Virus record (IMG/VR): IMGVR_UViG_3300022305_000326
Coordinates: 36,741-100,740 of that record
Strand: one strand, 5' to 3'
Length of the DNA: 64,000 nucleotides
DNA from: a virus
Lineage: Duplodnaviria > Caudoviricetes
Under the pieces are notes generated by a model that saw nothing but the letters and a program-made list of their open reading frames with translations, did no database searches and had not been told where the DNA came from. Position 1 is the first letter of the stretch. Each line of letters opens with the position of its first letter. The position numbers and the translations under genes were made by a program. Below are positions 30,584 to 40,538 of the stretch, piece by piece.

Positions 30584-31693
30584 ATGAAGAAGAGTATTGC
30601 AGAAGTTCTAGCAGAAATGGAATCTGCACACGCTAACCGTCCAGCAGATAATACCTCTGCCGGTGAACCTGCCTCTGCTGTTGCTGCTGATCCTGCAACT
30701 ACTTTGGGTGGTGGTGATGCACACGCTAACCGTCCAGCAGACCAGTCAGGTAATGGCGAAGTTTCTGACCGTCCACAGGGTTCATCTGTTCCACCATCAG
30801 GAACAGCTACACCAATGGACCCTAACGGAATTCCAGCACCAACAGGTCCAGTGGATGTTAATCAGAAATGGGACGAGTTGATGTCACTTATGATGTCATT
30901 CAAGCCTATGAATGAATCAGAATATTCAATCAAGTTTAACAAGAATGATTTCGGTTCACTATTTGAATCAGAAGGCATTTCATCAGAATTCGGTGATAAG
31001 GCATTGACCATTTTCGAATCTGCTGTTAATAGCAGAATCAAGTCTGAAATCGTCCGTATTAACGAAACCGCAAATTCATATTTCACCGAACAGGCTAAAG
31101 AACTTGAAGCCCGTATCGTTTCAGAAAATGACGAACGTATTGACGCATATTTGAACTATGTTGTCGAACAGTGGGTTAAGGATAACCAGATTGCCATCGA
31201 ATCAGGATTCAAGGTTTCTATTGCCGAAAACGTCCTAACCGGAATCAAGGCATTGTTCACCGAAAACTTTGTTGAAATTCCTGAAACAAAGGCAGACCTA
31301 GTTGAAGAATTAGTTGGCAAGGTTACTTCATACGAAGCCGCACTTGCAGAAGCAATTAAAACCAACAATGATCTAAAGAAGAACTTGGCTGAATCAACTA
31401 AGGCAAATGTTATCTCTGGATTTGTTCAGGGTATGACTGCTGTTAAGGCTGACAAGATCAAGAGCCTTGCAGAAAGCGTCGAATTCACCAATAGCTCAGA
31501 ATTCATCACCAAGTTGAAGACCCTATCTGAAAATTACTCAGATAAGAAGTCAACCAAGTCAGGTGATTCCGGTTTAATCGTTGAAGATAATGGTAAGGTC
31601 GTTGTCGAAAACGCACCGGCATTCACGAACTCAGAAATTCCAGAAATGGCAAGATTTGTTCAGGCAACACAGATGTACTCGCCGAAAAAATAA
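30584..31693 (+). CDS. 22: Prohead core scaffold (gp22)
   Basis: IFESAV, YLNYVVEQW..DN..AIE, LF.ENFVEIP; position before gp23. Confidence 0.92.
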   Translation: MKKSIAEVLAEMESAHANRPADNTSAGEPASAVAADPATTLGGGDAHANRPADQSGNGEVSDRPQGSSVPPSGTATPMDPNGIPAPTGPVDVNQKWDELMSLMMSFKPMNESEYSIKFNKNDFGSLFESEGISSEFGDKALTIFESAVNSRIKSEIVRINETANSYFTEQAKELEARIVSENDERIDAYLNYVVEQWVKDNQIAIESGFKVSIAENVLTGIKALFTENFVEIPETKADLVEELVGKVTSYEAALAEAIKTNNDLKKNLAESTKANVISGFVQGMTAVKADKIKSLAESVEFTNSSEFITKLKTLSENYSDKKSTKSGDSGLIVEDNGKVVVENAPAFTNSEIPEMARFVQATQMYSPKK

Positions 31694-31707
31694 GGCGTTT
31701 TTAAAAA

Positions 31708-31715
31708 TATAAATA
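31708..31715 (+). promoter_or_regulatory. T4-type late promoter TATAAATA
   Basis: Exact consensus upstream of the major capsid gene. Confidence 0.75.
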
Positions 31716-31754
31716 ATTTTGTAGTTTATCAAAATACATCAAGGAGATACATAA

Positions 31755-33161
31755 ATGTCAGGTTCTAAATTTGAAGCCCTAAAGAAGAAGTGGGGCGCTA
31801 TCCTAGAAGCCGAAGGAATGCCAACGATCCGCGAAAGCTATCGTAAGAGCGTTACCGCACAGCTTTTGGAAAATCAGTACGATGCTATGCGTCAGCAGAA
31901 TGCTGCTGAATCTGGCGGAAATCTTTTCGAATCAACCCAGCCAGTTAACACTTCAGCCGATTTCGGTGGAATTGCTGGTGCAGGTTCATCAAACATCAAG
32001 GCATACGACCCAATTTTGATTTCATTGGTCCGTCGTACAATGCCAAACATGATTGCATACGACGTTTGCGGCGTTCAGCCAATGACAGGCCCAACAGGCT
32101 TGATCTTTGCAATGCGTCCGAAGTATGTCAATCGTGATGCAATGACTGGCGCAAAGACAATGGGTAACGAATCATTCTATAATGAAGTCGATACCGATTT
32201 CTCTGGCGATCAGCTAGACGGTAACACCCAGTCTGGCACAAATCCGAAGGTCTTAAACGACGCAACTCCGGGTCCATATACAACTGGCCGTCCAATGTCA
32301 ACCCTAGCTGGTGAAACTCTCGGTGCTGATGAAGCCCTTGCAACAAATCCTTTCAAGGAAATGGGATTCACCATCGAAAAGGTTCCAGTTACAGCTAAGA
32401 CTCGTGCCCTTAAAGCCGAATACTCAGTTGAACTTGCACAGGACTTAAAGCAGCTTCATGGTCTTGATGCAGAAACCGAATTGGCAAATATTCTTTCATC
32501 AGAAATTCTTGCCGAAATCAATCGTGAAATCATCCGCACGATTTACATCATCGCTAAGAAGGGCGCAACCAACACAACAACTCCGGGCGTATTCGACCTA
32601 ACAAACGACTCAAATGGTCGTTGGGCTGTTGAAAAGTTTAAGGGTTTGATGTATCAGATCGAACGTGACGCTAACGCAATCGCTCGTGAAACTCGTCGTG
32701 GTAAGGGTAACGTCATCATCTGTTCTGCTGACGTAGCATCTGCTCTTGCAATGGCTGGTATCTTGGATTCAACCCCAGCACTTCAGGCTAACCGTCTTGA
32801 AGTTGACGATACTGGTAACACCTTCGTCGGTGTTCTAAATGGTCGCTATAAGGTCTTCATCGATCCATATGCAACCAGCACCACAAACGATGATAACTTC
32901 TTCGTTGTTGGTTACAAGGGTCAAGCTTCAGCATTTGATGCAGGATTGTTCTACTGCCCATATGTTCCGCTTCAGATGTATCGCGCTGTTGGTGAAAACA
33001 ACTTCCAGCCTAAGATTGCGTTCAAGACTCGTTATGGTCTTGTTGCAAATCCATTCGCTGAAGGTCTAAACGCTGGTCTTGGTGTTCTTACACCAAACGC
33101 TAACGTGTTCTACCGTCGCGTTAATGTCTCTGGTTTGTCAGGTGTTGCTGCTGGCTACTAA
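31755..33161 (+). CDS. 23: Major capsid protein (gp23)
   Basis: DVCGVQPMTGPTGLIFAMR, RALKAEYSVELAQDLK, FYCPYVPL, FKTRYG. Confidence 0.98.
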   Translation: MSGSKFEALKKKWGAILEAEGMPTIRESYRKSVTAQLLENQYDAMRQQNAAESGGNLFESTQPVNTSADFGGIAGAGSSNIKAYDPILISLVRRTMPNMIAYDVCGVQPMTGPTGLIFAMRPKYVNRDAMTGAKTMGNESFYNEVDTDFSGDQLDGNTQSGTNPKVLNDATPGPYTTGRPMSTLAGETLGADEALATNPFKEMGFTIEKVPVTAKTRALKAEYSVELAQDLKQLHGLDAETELANILSSEILAEINREIIRTIYIIAKKGATNTTTPGVFDLTNDSNGRWAVEKFKGLMYQIERDANAIARETRRGKGNVIICSADVASALAMAGILDSTPALQANRLEVDDTGNTFVGVLNGRYKVFIDPYATSTTNDDNFFVVGYKGQASAFDAGLFYCPYVPLQMYRAVGENNFQPKIAFKTRYGLVANPFAEGLNAGLGVLTPNANVFYRRVNVSGLSGVAAGY

Positions 33162-33180
33162 GACGTAAAGCCGTCAAACA

Positions 33181-33207
33181 AAAAGGGAGCTTCGGCTCCC
33201 TTTTTTT
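33181..33207 (+). terminator. Intrinsic terminator after gp23
   Basis: GGGAGC-TTCG-GCTCCC with flanking A and T runs. Confidence 0.9.
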
Positions 33208-33247
33208 ATGTTCGCTAAATAAATAAAATATTATAACTGGCAGACGT

Positions 33248-33934
33248 ATGAAAACATTATCACAATTTCTGGCTGAAAAAGAGGTAATTCGTTCATCTGA
33301 TAAAGGTCAATTCGACTATCAGCATGGAATCGTTCATGCAGAAAAACCCGGATATTCTAAACTAGGGTCAGGCGCATTTGGTTCAGCACTAAAAAAGAAT
33401 AGTGATGATTCCGTCTATAAAGTATATCGTTCAGATAGTCATGATGTTGCGGCTGAATTTCATAGACATGCAATGAAAGAAACAAATCCACATTTACCTA
33501 AAATTAGTAAAATGGTAACTGTTAAACATCCTCAAGGCGTACATACTGTTATATCAAAAATGGAAAGATTGTATCCATTACATAATCTCTCCCATGACGA
33601 ATTGAAAAGTTCTTGGGAACATGCCTTCGGTAAATCTGCACCAAAGGACATAACACCTTCGCATATTTCTGATCATATTGAAAGACATATCAAGGCCCAT
33701 AGCGGAATGGGTAAAATTCCCGGCAAGGCAACGTCACATTTCACGAATGCTGCGAGTGATATTGCAGCAATTGCATCTAATGGTAACGGTAAAATAGATA
33801 TAAAACCAGAAAATATAATGGTAAGAAAGAATAAAACTGGTCCACATCATTTGGTAATAAACGATCCTGTGTGGGGTGGTGAAGCTGAATCACACAATAA
33901 TCACGAATATAGTTCAGGAGAAAGTTGGTCATGA
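33248..33934 (+). CDS. Ser/Thr protein kinase 1 (T7 gp0.7-like) with a CTS-like N-terminus
   Basis: MKTLSQFLAE; LGSGAFG, VYK, DIKPENIM, INDP. Confidence 0.85.
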   Translation: MKTLSQFLAEKEVIRSSDKGQFDYQHGIVHAEKPGYSKLGSGAFGSALKKNSDDSVYKVYRSDSHDVAAEFHRHAMKETNPHLPKISKMVTVKHPQGVHTVISKMERLYPLHNLSHDELKSSWEHAFGKSAPKDITPSHISDHIERHIKAHSGMGKIPGKATSHFTNAASDIAAIASNGNGKIDIKPENIMVRKNKTGPHHLVINDPVWGGEAESHNNHEYSSGESWS

Positions 33935-34752
33935 AATCCTTCACAGAATTTTTAATGGAAGCATTGGTCATTAAAAAATCACCAATTCACTCTAAAGAAC
34001 TTTTCCATAAGATAAGCGATGCATCACGTACAGGTTATCAGCGTTTGGGTGGTGGGGTATTCGGTGTGGCTGTCCGCAAGAAAAATCCAGAATCTTCATC
34101 TGCTGATCATGTCTTTAAAATTGCACAGACCGACTTAGAAAATCCTCATGAAGACCCGTACATGAGACACGCCGTACATTCAATGAATAATCACACAACA
34201 AATGATCATTTACCGAAAATAGAAAAGATACATTCCATTAAGACTCCTACTGGTGCTGTCCATGTCGTCAAAATGGAAAAATTGCATTCAATGTCATATG
34301 CAGACGAAAATGAATTGAAATCAATGCATCATCACGCATTCGGATCACATTTCAACGATAATCCGGTGAATGCTTATAGCAGAATTAATTCAAATGTATT
34401 CACCAACAAAATAAACAAACATGTTTCTGCTCATCAATCTGCGACTTTATCGGGTAAAACTTATAATGATCCTGAATTTTTAAAGTTCCCGAATCATATG
34501 AAAAAGACAATCGCTCATTTGGCAAGAACGCCACTGAAGATGAACGACAAGCATTCTGGTAACGAAGTAGGTCCAGACTTACATACTGGCAACATAATGA
34601 TGAGAAGCCACCCTGACGGAACGCATCACCTTGTAGTCACTGATCCTTTTGTTAGCTATAAAGATTTGGGAAGCGTGAATCGTGGTGGTCATGGTATCCA
34701 TTATAAGAAAGAATATAGATCATACAAGAAAACCGGGATGAAAGACGAATGA
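33931..34752 (+). CDS. Ser/Thr protein kinase 2 with a CTS-like N-terminus
   Basis: MKSFTEFLME; LGGGVFG, VFK, DLHTGNIM, VTDP. Confidence 0.85.
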   Translation: MKSFTEFLMEALVIKKSPIHSKELFHKISDASRTGYQRLGGGVFGVAVRKKNPESSSADHVFKIAQTDLENPHEDPYMRHAVHSMNNHTTNDHLPKIEKIHSIKTPTGAVHVVKMEKLHSMSYADENELKSMHHHAFGSHFNDNPVNAYSRINSNVFTNKINKHVSAHQSATLSGKTYNDPEFLKFPNHMKKTIAHLARTPLKMNDKHSGNEVGPDLHTGNIMMRSHPDGTHHLVVTDPFVSYKDLGSVNRGGHGIHYKKEYRSYKKTGMKDE

Positions 34753-35612
34753 AAACATTTATCGATTTTTTAAATGAGGCTTATACTGTAACTAAGACCG
34801 ACCATCCATCGTCAAAGAATCTTTTCAATACAATGAAAAGTTCCATGACAAAGAATAAGGAATATAAAACGCTCGGAAAGGGTGCTTTTGGTATGGCTGT
34901 TCAGAAATTGGACAAGGTGAAGGAAGGTAGAAAAACTCAACGTGTCGAACAAGAACCAAACACCGTATATAAGGTTGCTAGAACTACGTTGGAGAATCCA
35001 TCGGATGATCCTTATATTCAGCACGCAAAGCATTCAATGGACAACCACGAGACTAATCCACACTTACCGAAAATAGAAAAGATACATTCTATTAAAACGC
35101 AGACTGGTGCCGTTCATGTTGTGAAAATGGAAAAATTACACCCAATAAATTCACTATCCCATGAAGAACGTCATGCAATGTGGAAACATGCTTTCGGTAA
35201 ACCTTTGAACACGGACGTTGGCTCTCCGATGGCTCACAATATGGCATCCAATCTGCGTCTGCATATCAATGATTATGTCACGGATAAAAAGAGAGGCATA
35301 AATTATAATGAATCGGAGTCATGGGGAGCTAGAAGACACCGACTATTACCTACTCATATGAGAAAGGCAGTTGAACATGTTGGTAACAGTATCATAAAGG
35401 CTAATAAGGTGTCTCCTCATACTGAGACATATCTCGATTTGCACGCTGGAAATATCATGGCGAGACAGCATCCATCCGGTGAAACTCATCTTGTTATAAC
35501 TGATCCTACAGCATCAAGAAAAGATATAAAGGGTTTGAAAAAACCAGAAAATAGAATCAAATATGCTGCAAAAACTCGTCAAATCAAGAAGGAAAAATCA
35601 GATGAAACTTAA
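34749..35612 (+). CDS. Ser/Thr protein kinase 3 with a CTS-like N-terminus
   Basis: MKTFIDFLNE; LGKGAFG, VYK, DLHAGNIM, ITDP. Confidence 0.85.
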   Translation: MKTFIDFLNEAYTVTKTDHPSSKNLFNTMKSSMTKNKEYKTLGKGAFGMAVQKLDKVKEGRKTQRVEQEPNTVYKVARTTLENPSDDPYIQHAKHSMDNHETNPHLPKIEKIHSIKTQTGAVHVVKMEKLHPINSLSHEERHAMWKHAFGKPLNTDVGSPMAHNMASNLRLHINDYVTDKKRGINYNESESWGARRHRLLPTHMRKAVEHVGNSIIKANKVSPHTETYLDLHAGNIMARQHPSGETHLVITDPTASRKDIKGLKKPENRIKYAAKTRQIKKEKSDET

Positions 35613-36303
35613 TCAGTTTTTAACAGAAGCCGATAAGATGGGTGACCACTATAATGAATATTCGTCTAAGGTCAAGTCAAAATCAGGATATGACACTTTG
35701 GGTAGTGGTACTTTTGCGACCGTCATAAAGAAGAAAGGTGACGACAATCATGTCTATAAGATATCTAAAACGTACCAAAAGAATCCTGACCATGATCCCT
35801 CCTATGCTTACCTGAAATCTAGCATGAAGAATCATGAATCAAATTCGCTGTTTCCAAAGGTCCATGCCTTACATGTCATTCCACATAAAGACGGTAATAT
35901 CCACGTATCCAAAATGGAAAAACTACATTCTGTCGATGATCTACACCCGTCAGAAAGATTGAAAATTTTTCACCATACATTCGGACATGAAGTGAAAGGG
36001 GCAAATGATATCAGTGGTGATGCCATCGCATTACATCTGAGAAAGCATAGACTAAATCATGAAGAGAATAAGACTCACGATCCTAAATTACCACAACACA
36101 CTCGTAATCACATAGAGCATATCAATTCATTACTGAGTGGTATCGAGAAGAGTAGTAAATCTGATCCTAGAGCAGACATGCATGGTGGTAATATCATGGC
36201 AAGAAAGACCCCGGAAGGACACCAACTTGTACTGAATGATCCGGTCGTTTCAAGTAATGATGTGTTTAGACATAACAAAGAAATACATAATTTTAAATTT
36301 TAA
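35602..36303 (+). CDS. Ser/Thr protein kinase 4 with a CTS-like N-terminus
   Basis: MKLNQFLTE; LGSGTFA, VYK, DMHGGNIM, LNDP. Confidence 0.85.
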   Translation: MKLNQFLTEADKMGDHYNEYSSKVKSKSGYDTLGSGTFATVIKKKGDDNHVYKISKTYQKNPDHDPSYAYLKSSMKNHESNSLFPKVHALHVIPHKDGNIHVSKMEKLHSVDDLHPSERLKIFHHTFGHEVKGANDISGDAIALHLRKHRLNHEENKTHDPKLPQHTRNHIEHINSLLSGIEKSSKSDPRADMHGGNIMARKTPEGHQLVLNDPVVSSNDVFRHNKEIHNFKF

Positions 36304-36317
36304 TAGAGAACAATATA

Positions 36318-36812
36318 ATGGCTGAGATTTGCGAAAATCCAAACACTGACCTAAATTTTGCCTTAAATAATAAGGCATCATTGGTCATTCCAAATCTTGA
36401 TGGGTTTGTTCTAGAGGTATTTGCATTTAATATACCGAATATGACATTACCAGCAGCAAGTCATTCAATGCCATTCACTAATGATAAGCTACCGGGTGAT
36501 AAACTTCAGTATGGTTCATTCTCGGTTAGCTTCCATGTATTGGAAAACTATAAGAACTACAAGCAGATTTTCAATTGGATGTCGGATATAGGTCGTCAGA
36601 AAAATCTGAAGCAGTATGCCGACAAGAAAAATTTCAGGGAAGACGCATACGTCCTTGCAAAGAATGCAAACTATGGTACTACCATGAGAATCAACTATAT
36701 TCAGGTGTGGCCGACAAAATTATCGAGCGTTGAATTCGCCTATAATGTGACCACCCCTGAACCTATCTCATGCACCGTTGAATTCGCATACCATTATTTC
36801 GACCTAGCGTAA
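36318..36812 (+). CDS. 3: Tail tube terminator/completion protein (gp3-like)
   Basis: Tube-fold pattern PGDKLQY, NY..IFNWM, WPT.LS; position next to uvsW/uvsY. Confidence 0.75.
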   Translation: MAEICENPNTDLNFALNNKASLVIPNLDGFVLEVFAFNIPNMTLPAASHSMPFTNDKLPGDKLQYGSFSVSFHVLENYKNYKQIFNWMSDIGRQKNLKQYADKKNFREDAYVLAKNANYGTTMRINYIQVWPTKLSSVEFAYNVTTPEPISCTVEFAYHYFDLA

Positions 36813-38309
36813 CTGTACATCTTCCATATCTACATCAAAATTTTGATCGATGTAGTATTCGTAACGTTTGATAAACTGTTCTAGTGTAGAGTTATTTTCA
36901 CGTTTACCTATTGTCATATCATCGACAATATCGTAAACAGTAGCTTTATCCTTACCACCGAACAGTCTCAAAATACGACCGATAGACTGCAATACGCGAA
37001 TCTTGGACTTGGTTGGCGATCCTAGAATCATATTGTGTAGGTTTGGTGCATTAGAACCCGTCGAGAATGAACCGAAACTTGCGACTACGATTGCATTATC
37101 CATTCCGGCTAATGATTTACGATACATATCTCTAGTGTCAGGATCAACCTTTCCTGTCATCAAGATAGCAACCTTATTATGATTAGCTGCAACCTTACAC
37201 AATTTCTCGTAAAATACGTTGGCATGTTTATCTACCAGATTAAACATGACGACCGTATTACCCTTACATGATAATGCCAGCTTTAGGATATAGTCCTCTC
37301 TAGCTTTAGAATCAATGATATATTCGACTTCTTCCTGATAAGAACCGATCTTCTTAGGGACCATTTCTTTTGTATAATGTAGAATTTTAGCTCTGATTCT
37401 TACTCTGGTTAACTCGCCTCTATCCATCAATTCCGAAGATGTTGAGTATATGACCGGCTTTGCGAAGATACCCTGTAGTACATATTCATGGAGCTTCGTA
37501 TCGTCTAATGTTCCCGTAAAACCTAAACGATATTCTGCATCACACTTTTCCAGTATACCTTTCGTGCATTCTGCCGTATATTCATGAACTTCGTCACAAA
37601 GAATAGCGTCGAACTGACTGAACCATTCAGCTTCTAATCTATAAAGCGACTGCCATGTCGATATTACGACTTTCTTATTACCGAATATCTTACTCTGACC
37701 TTCGTAAATTACATGCGTATTTTTGCCTACGTCCCATTTATTGTCAACCGAATATTCTTCGAAGTCACCTAGCAACTGTTTTACCAGACCGATTCTTGGT
37801 ACTATGATAAGGACAGTTTTGTTTATGGCAACCAGTGGTCTTAGTATGGAATACATAATAAGTGATTTACCCGATCCTGTTGCCGATATAACGAGGTTTC
37901 TTTTCTTTATCAGGGAATCAGCGACAGCCTTTTCTTGATAGTCACGAATAGTGAATTTTGAAGGGAGATTTAAATGATGCATAATCTTCCCAGCCGTTGA
38001 CTTACCGATACAAGCCTCTGAGCGTCGATTTGGGACACTTACGTCTTCTAGTGCTACCGTATATCCCCTAGCGACACAGAACTCTTCTAGAGCCTCATAC
38101 AGCCCCAAATACATACACTTCGTATTAAGGTTTAGAAGTCTAAGTTTACCGTCCCACTGTTTTGCTTTGAATTTTGGGGAGTGTTTGTAGTTAGGCATGA
38201 AGTAAGAGAAGTGTTCCTGTATTTCTCTCAGCATCCATGGTTCACCGTACAGTTTCATGTGTACGTTGTTTATTTTCTGAACGATTAATGTATTATAAGG
38301 AGTTGTCAT
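36804..38309 (-). CDS. uvsW: SF2 DNA helicase UvsW
   Basis: WDGKLRL, RDYQ, ATGSGKS, STWQS, DEVH, GFTGT, LQSIGRILR. Confidence 0.93.
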   Translation of the reverse strand: MTTPYNTLIVQKINNVHMKLYGEPWMLREIQEHFSYFMPNYKHSPKFKAKQWDGKLRLLNLNTKCMYLGLYEALEEFCVARGYTVALEDVSVPNRRSEACIGKSTAGKIMHHLNLPSKFTIRDYQEKAVADSLIKKRNLVISATGSGKSLIMYSILRPLVAINKTVLIIVPRIGLVKQLLGDFEEYSVDNKWDVGKNTHVIYEGQSKIFGNKKVVISTWQSLYRLEAEWFSQFDAILCDEVHEYTAECTKGILEKCDAEYRLGFTGTLDDTKLHEYVLQGIFAKPVIYSTSSELMDRGELTRVRIRAKILHYTKEMVPKKIGSYQEEVEYIIDSKAREDYILKLALSCKGNTVVMFNLVDKHANVFYEKLCKVAANHNKVAILMTGKVDPDTRDMYRKSLAGMDNAIVVASFGSFSTGSNAPNLHNMILGSPTKSKIRVLQSIGRILRLFGGKDKATVYDIVDDMTIGKRENNSTLEQFIKRYEYYIDQNFDVDMEDVQLR

Positions 38310-38310
38310 A

Positions 38311-38679
38311 ATGAATACCGACGATAATGGATTGGAACTAGTGGCGTCATGCGTCGTTCTGAAAAATGGAACAGAGCTTTTGACTTTGATTACAACTGAA
38401 CATGTTGAGAAAACATGCTATTTGTTTGATCCCGTTCAAGTGTTGAAGGGCATAGATCAGGGATCAGCAACTTTTATTGTTCGTCGTTGGATAGAACTCA
38501 GTGATGATCGAATCTATATGATTCCTAAAGAGGAAGTCCTAACTGTATGTAATATGTCCGATATGGCGTTGGCTCGATACAACGAAATCAGACGCAAGAT
38601 GTATATTGACAAGAAACCTGACACTGAAGAAGAATATGAGCCTACCGAAACGGTACCTGAACGAAAATATTTACATTGA
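38311..38679 (+). CDS. Conserved hypothetical protein (Sm-like)
   Basis: LKNGTELL...DP...RWI; TAAGGAG RBS; usual neighbour of uvsW. Confidence 0.6.
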   Translation: MNTDDNGLELVASCVVLKNGTELLTLITTEHVEKTCYLFDPVQVLKGIDQGSATFIVRRWIELSDDRIYMIPKEEVLTVCNMSDMALARYNEIRRKMYIDKKPDTEEEYEPTETVPERKYLH

Positions 38680-38760
38680 CCTATTGACAATAACTCTGAA
38701 GGTCATTAAACTTAAAACCGTTAGGCACCCCCGGTGATAATTACTAATAATAGGTGACCA

Positions 38761-39198
38761 GTGAAAATTGAAGATATACAAAAAGAGTGGGACAGTGATA
38801 GTGAAGTTGATGCTTCGCACTTATCAGATCAGATTAGTAAAATTCCATACCTTCATAGTAAGTACATGAAGATTCTATTTGATGAGAAAATGATCAAATC
38901 GAAGATCGATCGTCAGATCGATGAATTGTTACCTGACAAAACGATGTACTATCGAGGCAAACTTGATGAGGAAACAATAACCAAGCGTGGATGGAAACCG
39001 TTCAATTTATTCTTAACCGCACAGGATACTAATATGTATCTGACTGCTGACAAAGAATTAGCGGACTTAAAACAACGTAAAGGAATTGTCGAAGAGAAAA
39101 TCCGTTACGTTGAGGAAATTATAAAGCAGGTAAACCAACGCAATTTTCTTATTAAGAACCTCATCGACTGGCAGAAATTCACATCAGGTTCCAATTGA
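38761..39198 (+). CDS. uvsY: Recombination mediator UvsY
   Basis: IPYLHSKY, YYRGK, R.F.IKN.IDW.KF..G; GTG start. Confidence 0.9.
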   Translation: MKIEDIQKEWDSDSEVDASHLSDQISKIPYLHSKYMKILFDEKMIKSKIDRQIDELLPDKTMYYRGKLDEETITKRGWKPFNLFLTAQDTNMYLTADKELADLKQRKGIVEEKIRYVEEIIKQVNQRNFLIKNLIDWQKFTSGSN

Positions 39199-39254
39199 CA
39201 TTAATATTTGGTTGAGTAATAATGATGGTACGATAACAAGCTTGAGGTATTATT

Positions 39255-39821
39255 ATGTTCGTATTTGACGTTGAAACATTAGATTTAGAATCTACAGCAG
39301 TCTTATTGGCTGTAGGTATGGTCCATATCAAGGATGGTGTGGATTATGATTACGAGTCATTATTTGAGACTGGAAAATTCATTAAATTCTCAGTAGAGGC
39401 CCAAACTGGAGTGAGATCGATTTCCAAGAGTACGCTTCAATTCTGGTCTGAACAGGAAAAGGAAGTCCGAAAACTCATTCTTAATAGAAGCCATGAAGAT
39501 AAGACACCGTTTGATGGTATTATTGAACTCAAGGATTACATGAACAAGTGTGACCCAACCAGAAGTTCAATGGTCTTCACAAGAGGCCCATTGGATCAAA
39601 TGGTCTGGCCATCATTCTGCAAGTCTTTTAATGCATACGACCCAATCGGCTATAAGAGATTCCGTGACGTTAGAACTTTTGTCGATTGTATTACAGGCGA
39701 TACCACTGGATATTGTAATATAAATAAAAAGATAATCCAACCACCAAACTTCATGGCTCATCATCCAGTACACGACGTTGCTAGGGATGCGTTAATGATG
39801 TTATACCCAGACACGGAATAA
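39255..39821 (+). CDS. dexA: 3'-5' exonuclease (DexA-like, DEDDh)
   Basis: FDVETL, TL.FW..Q, RG..D, RDVRT, HHPVHD..RD. Confidence 0.8.
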   Translation: MFVFDVETLDLESTAVLLAVGMVHIKDGVDYDYESLFETGKFIKFSVEAQTGVRSISKSTLQFWSEQEKEVRKLILNRSHEDKTPFDGIIELKDYMNKCDPTRSSMVFTRGPLDQMVWPSFCKSFNAYDPIGYKRFRDVRTFVDCITGDTTGYCNINKKIIQPPNFMAHHPVHDVARDALMMLYPDTE

Positions 39822-39822
39822 T

Positions 39823-40257
39823 ATGACAACTGTAGCCTTCGACGGTAAAACTTTTGTGAGTGATACGCGAATGGTTGCAGAGTATTATACTGACGGTAAT
39901 TGTAGAAAAATATTCGAAATTGGTAATTTTATAGTAGGCATTGCTGGTGAATATGCCCAATGCCTACTTTTCATTGAAGAATTCAAGAATTGTGGTACGG
40001 ATTTGAGTAAATCATTTCCAATGGATCATATTTCTGGAATGACGAGTATGATTTACAATAAATCCAATAAGAAATTATATCGTTACGAAGGTTCTGGTTT
40101 GCCTATGTTGATCAAACCACCTTATGCAATAGGATCAGGATCATCATTTGCCATGGGGGCCATGAAATATGGTGCTTCAGCGGAAGAAGCAGTTAAGATT
40201 GCGATAAAATTGGACATTAGTAGTGGTCTTCCACTCAATAAAATCGAGGTAAAATAA
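39823..40257 (+). CDS. Ntn-hydrolase (HslV/proteasome-beta-like) protein
   Basis: N-terminal MTT nucleophile, SD.R, KI, AIGSGS, A.EAV..A..LD..S. Confidence 0.75.
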   Translation: MTTVAFDGKTFVSDTRMVAEYYTDGNCRKIFEIGNFIVGIAGEYAQCLLFIEEFKNCGTDLSKSFPMDHISGMTSMIYNKSNKKLYRYEGSGLPMLIKPPYAIGSGSSFAMGAMKYGASAEEAVKIAIKLDISSGLPLNKIEVK

Positions 40258-40499
40258 TGGTTATGCCGAATACACAAACGTTAGAAGAATTGGTTACGGA
40301 ATATTCGGATAGGTCTACGATTTTCGATGCAGTCAAAATTCAGTATGATGTTGCCGATTTCAATCTTTACATGACCGAAAACAAGCTGGTGAACTATCTT
40401 GTTAGGGCTAATCTTAAAACTGTTATCGTGGATGGCTACACCTACATCGTGACGGACGGTAGACTCGTCAAATCTACGTTGGCGGTTCCTGCACCATAG
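40257..40499 (+). CDS. Hypothetical protein
   Basis: Coupled ORF with a GAGG RBS. Confidence 0.5.
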   Translation: MVMPNTQTLEELVTEYSDRSTIFDAVKIQYDVADFNLYMTENKLVNYLVRANLKTVIVDGYTYIVTDGRLVKSTLAVPAP

Positions 40500-40502
40500 G
40501 AC

Positions 40503-40531
40503 TTGACAACAGTCTCTTGATGGTGTATCAT
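40503..40531 (+). promoter_or_regulatory. Sigma70-type early promoter
   Basis: TTGACA-N17-TATCAT. Confidence 0.7.
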
Positions 40532-40538
40532 GTTCACC

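Noticed and set aside
36792-38313. CATTAT/ATAATG inverted repeat as recombination sites for uvsW inversion
   Set aside because: Only 6 bp in AT-rich DNA, which is expected by chance
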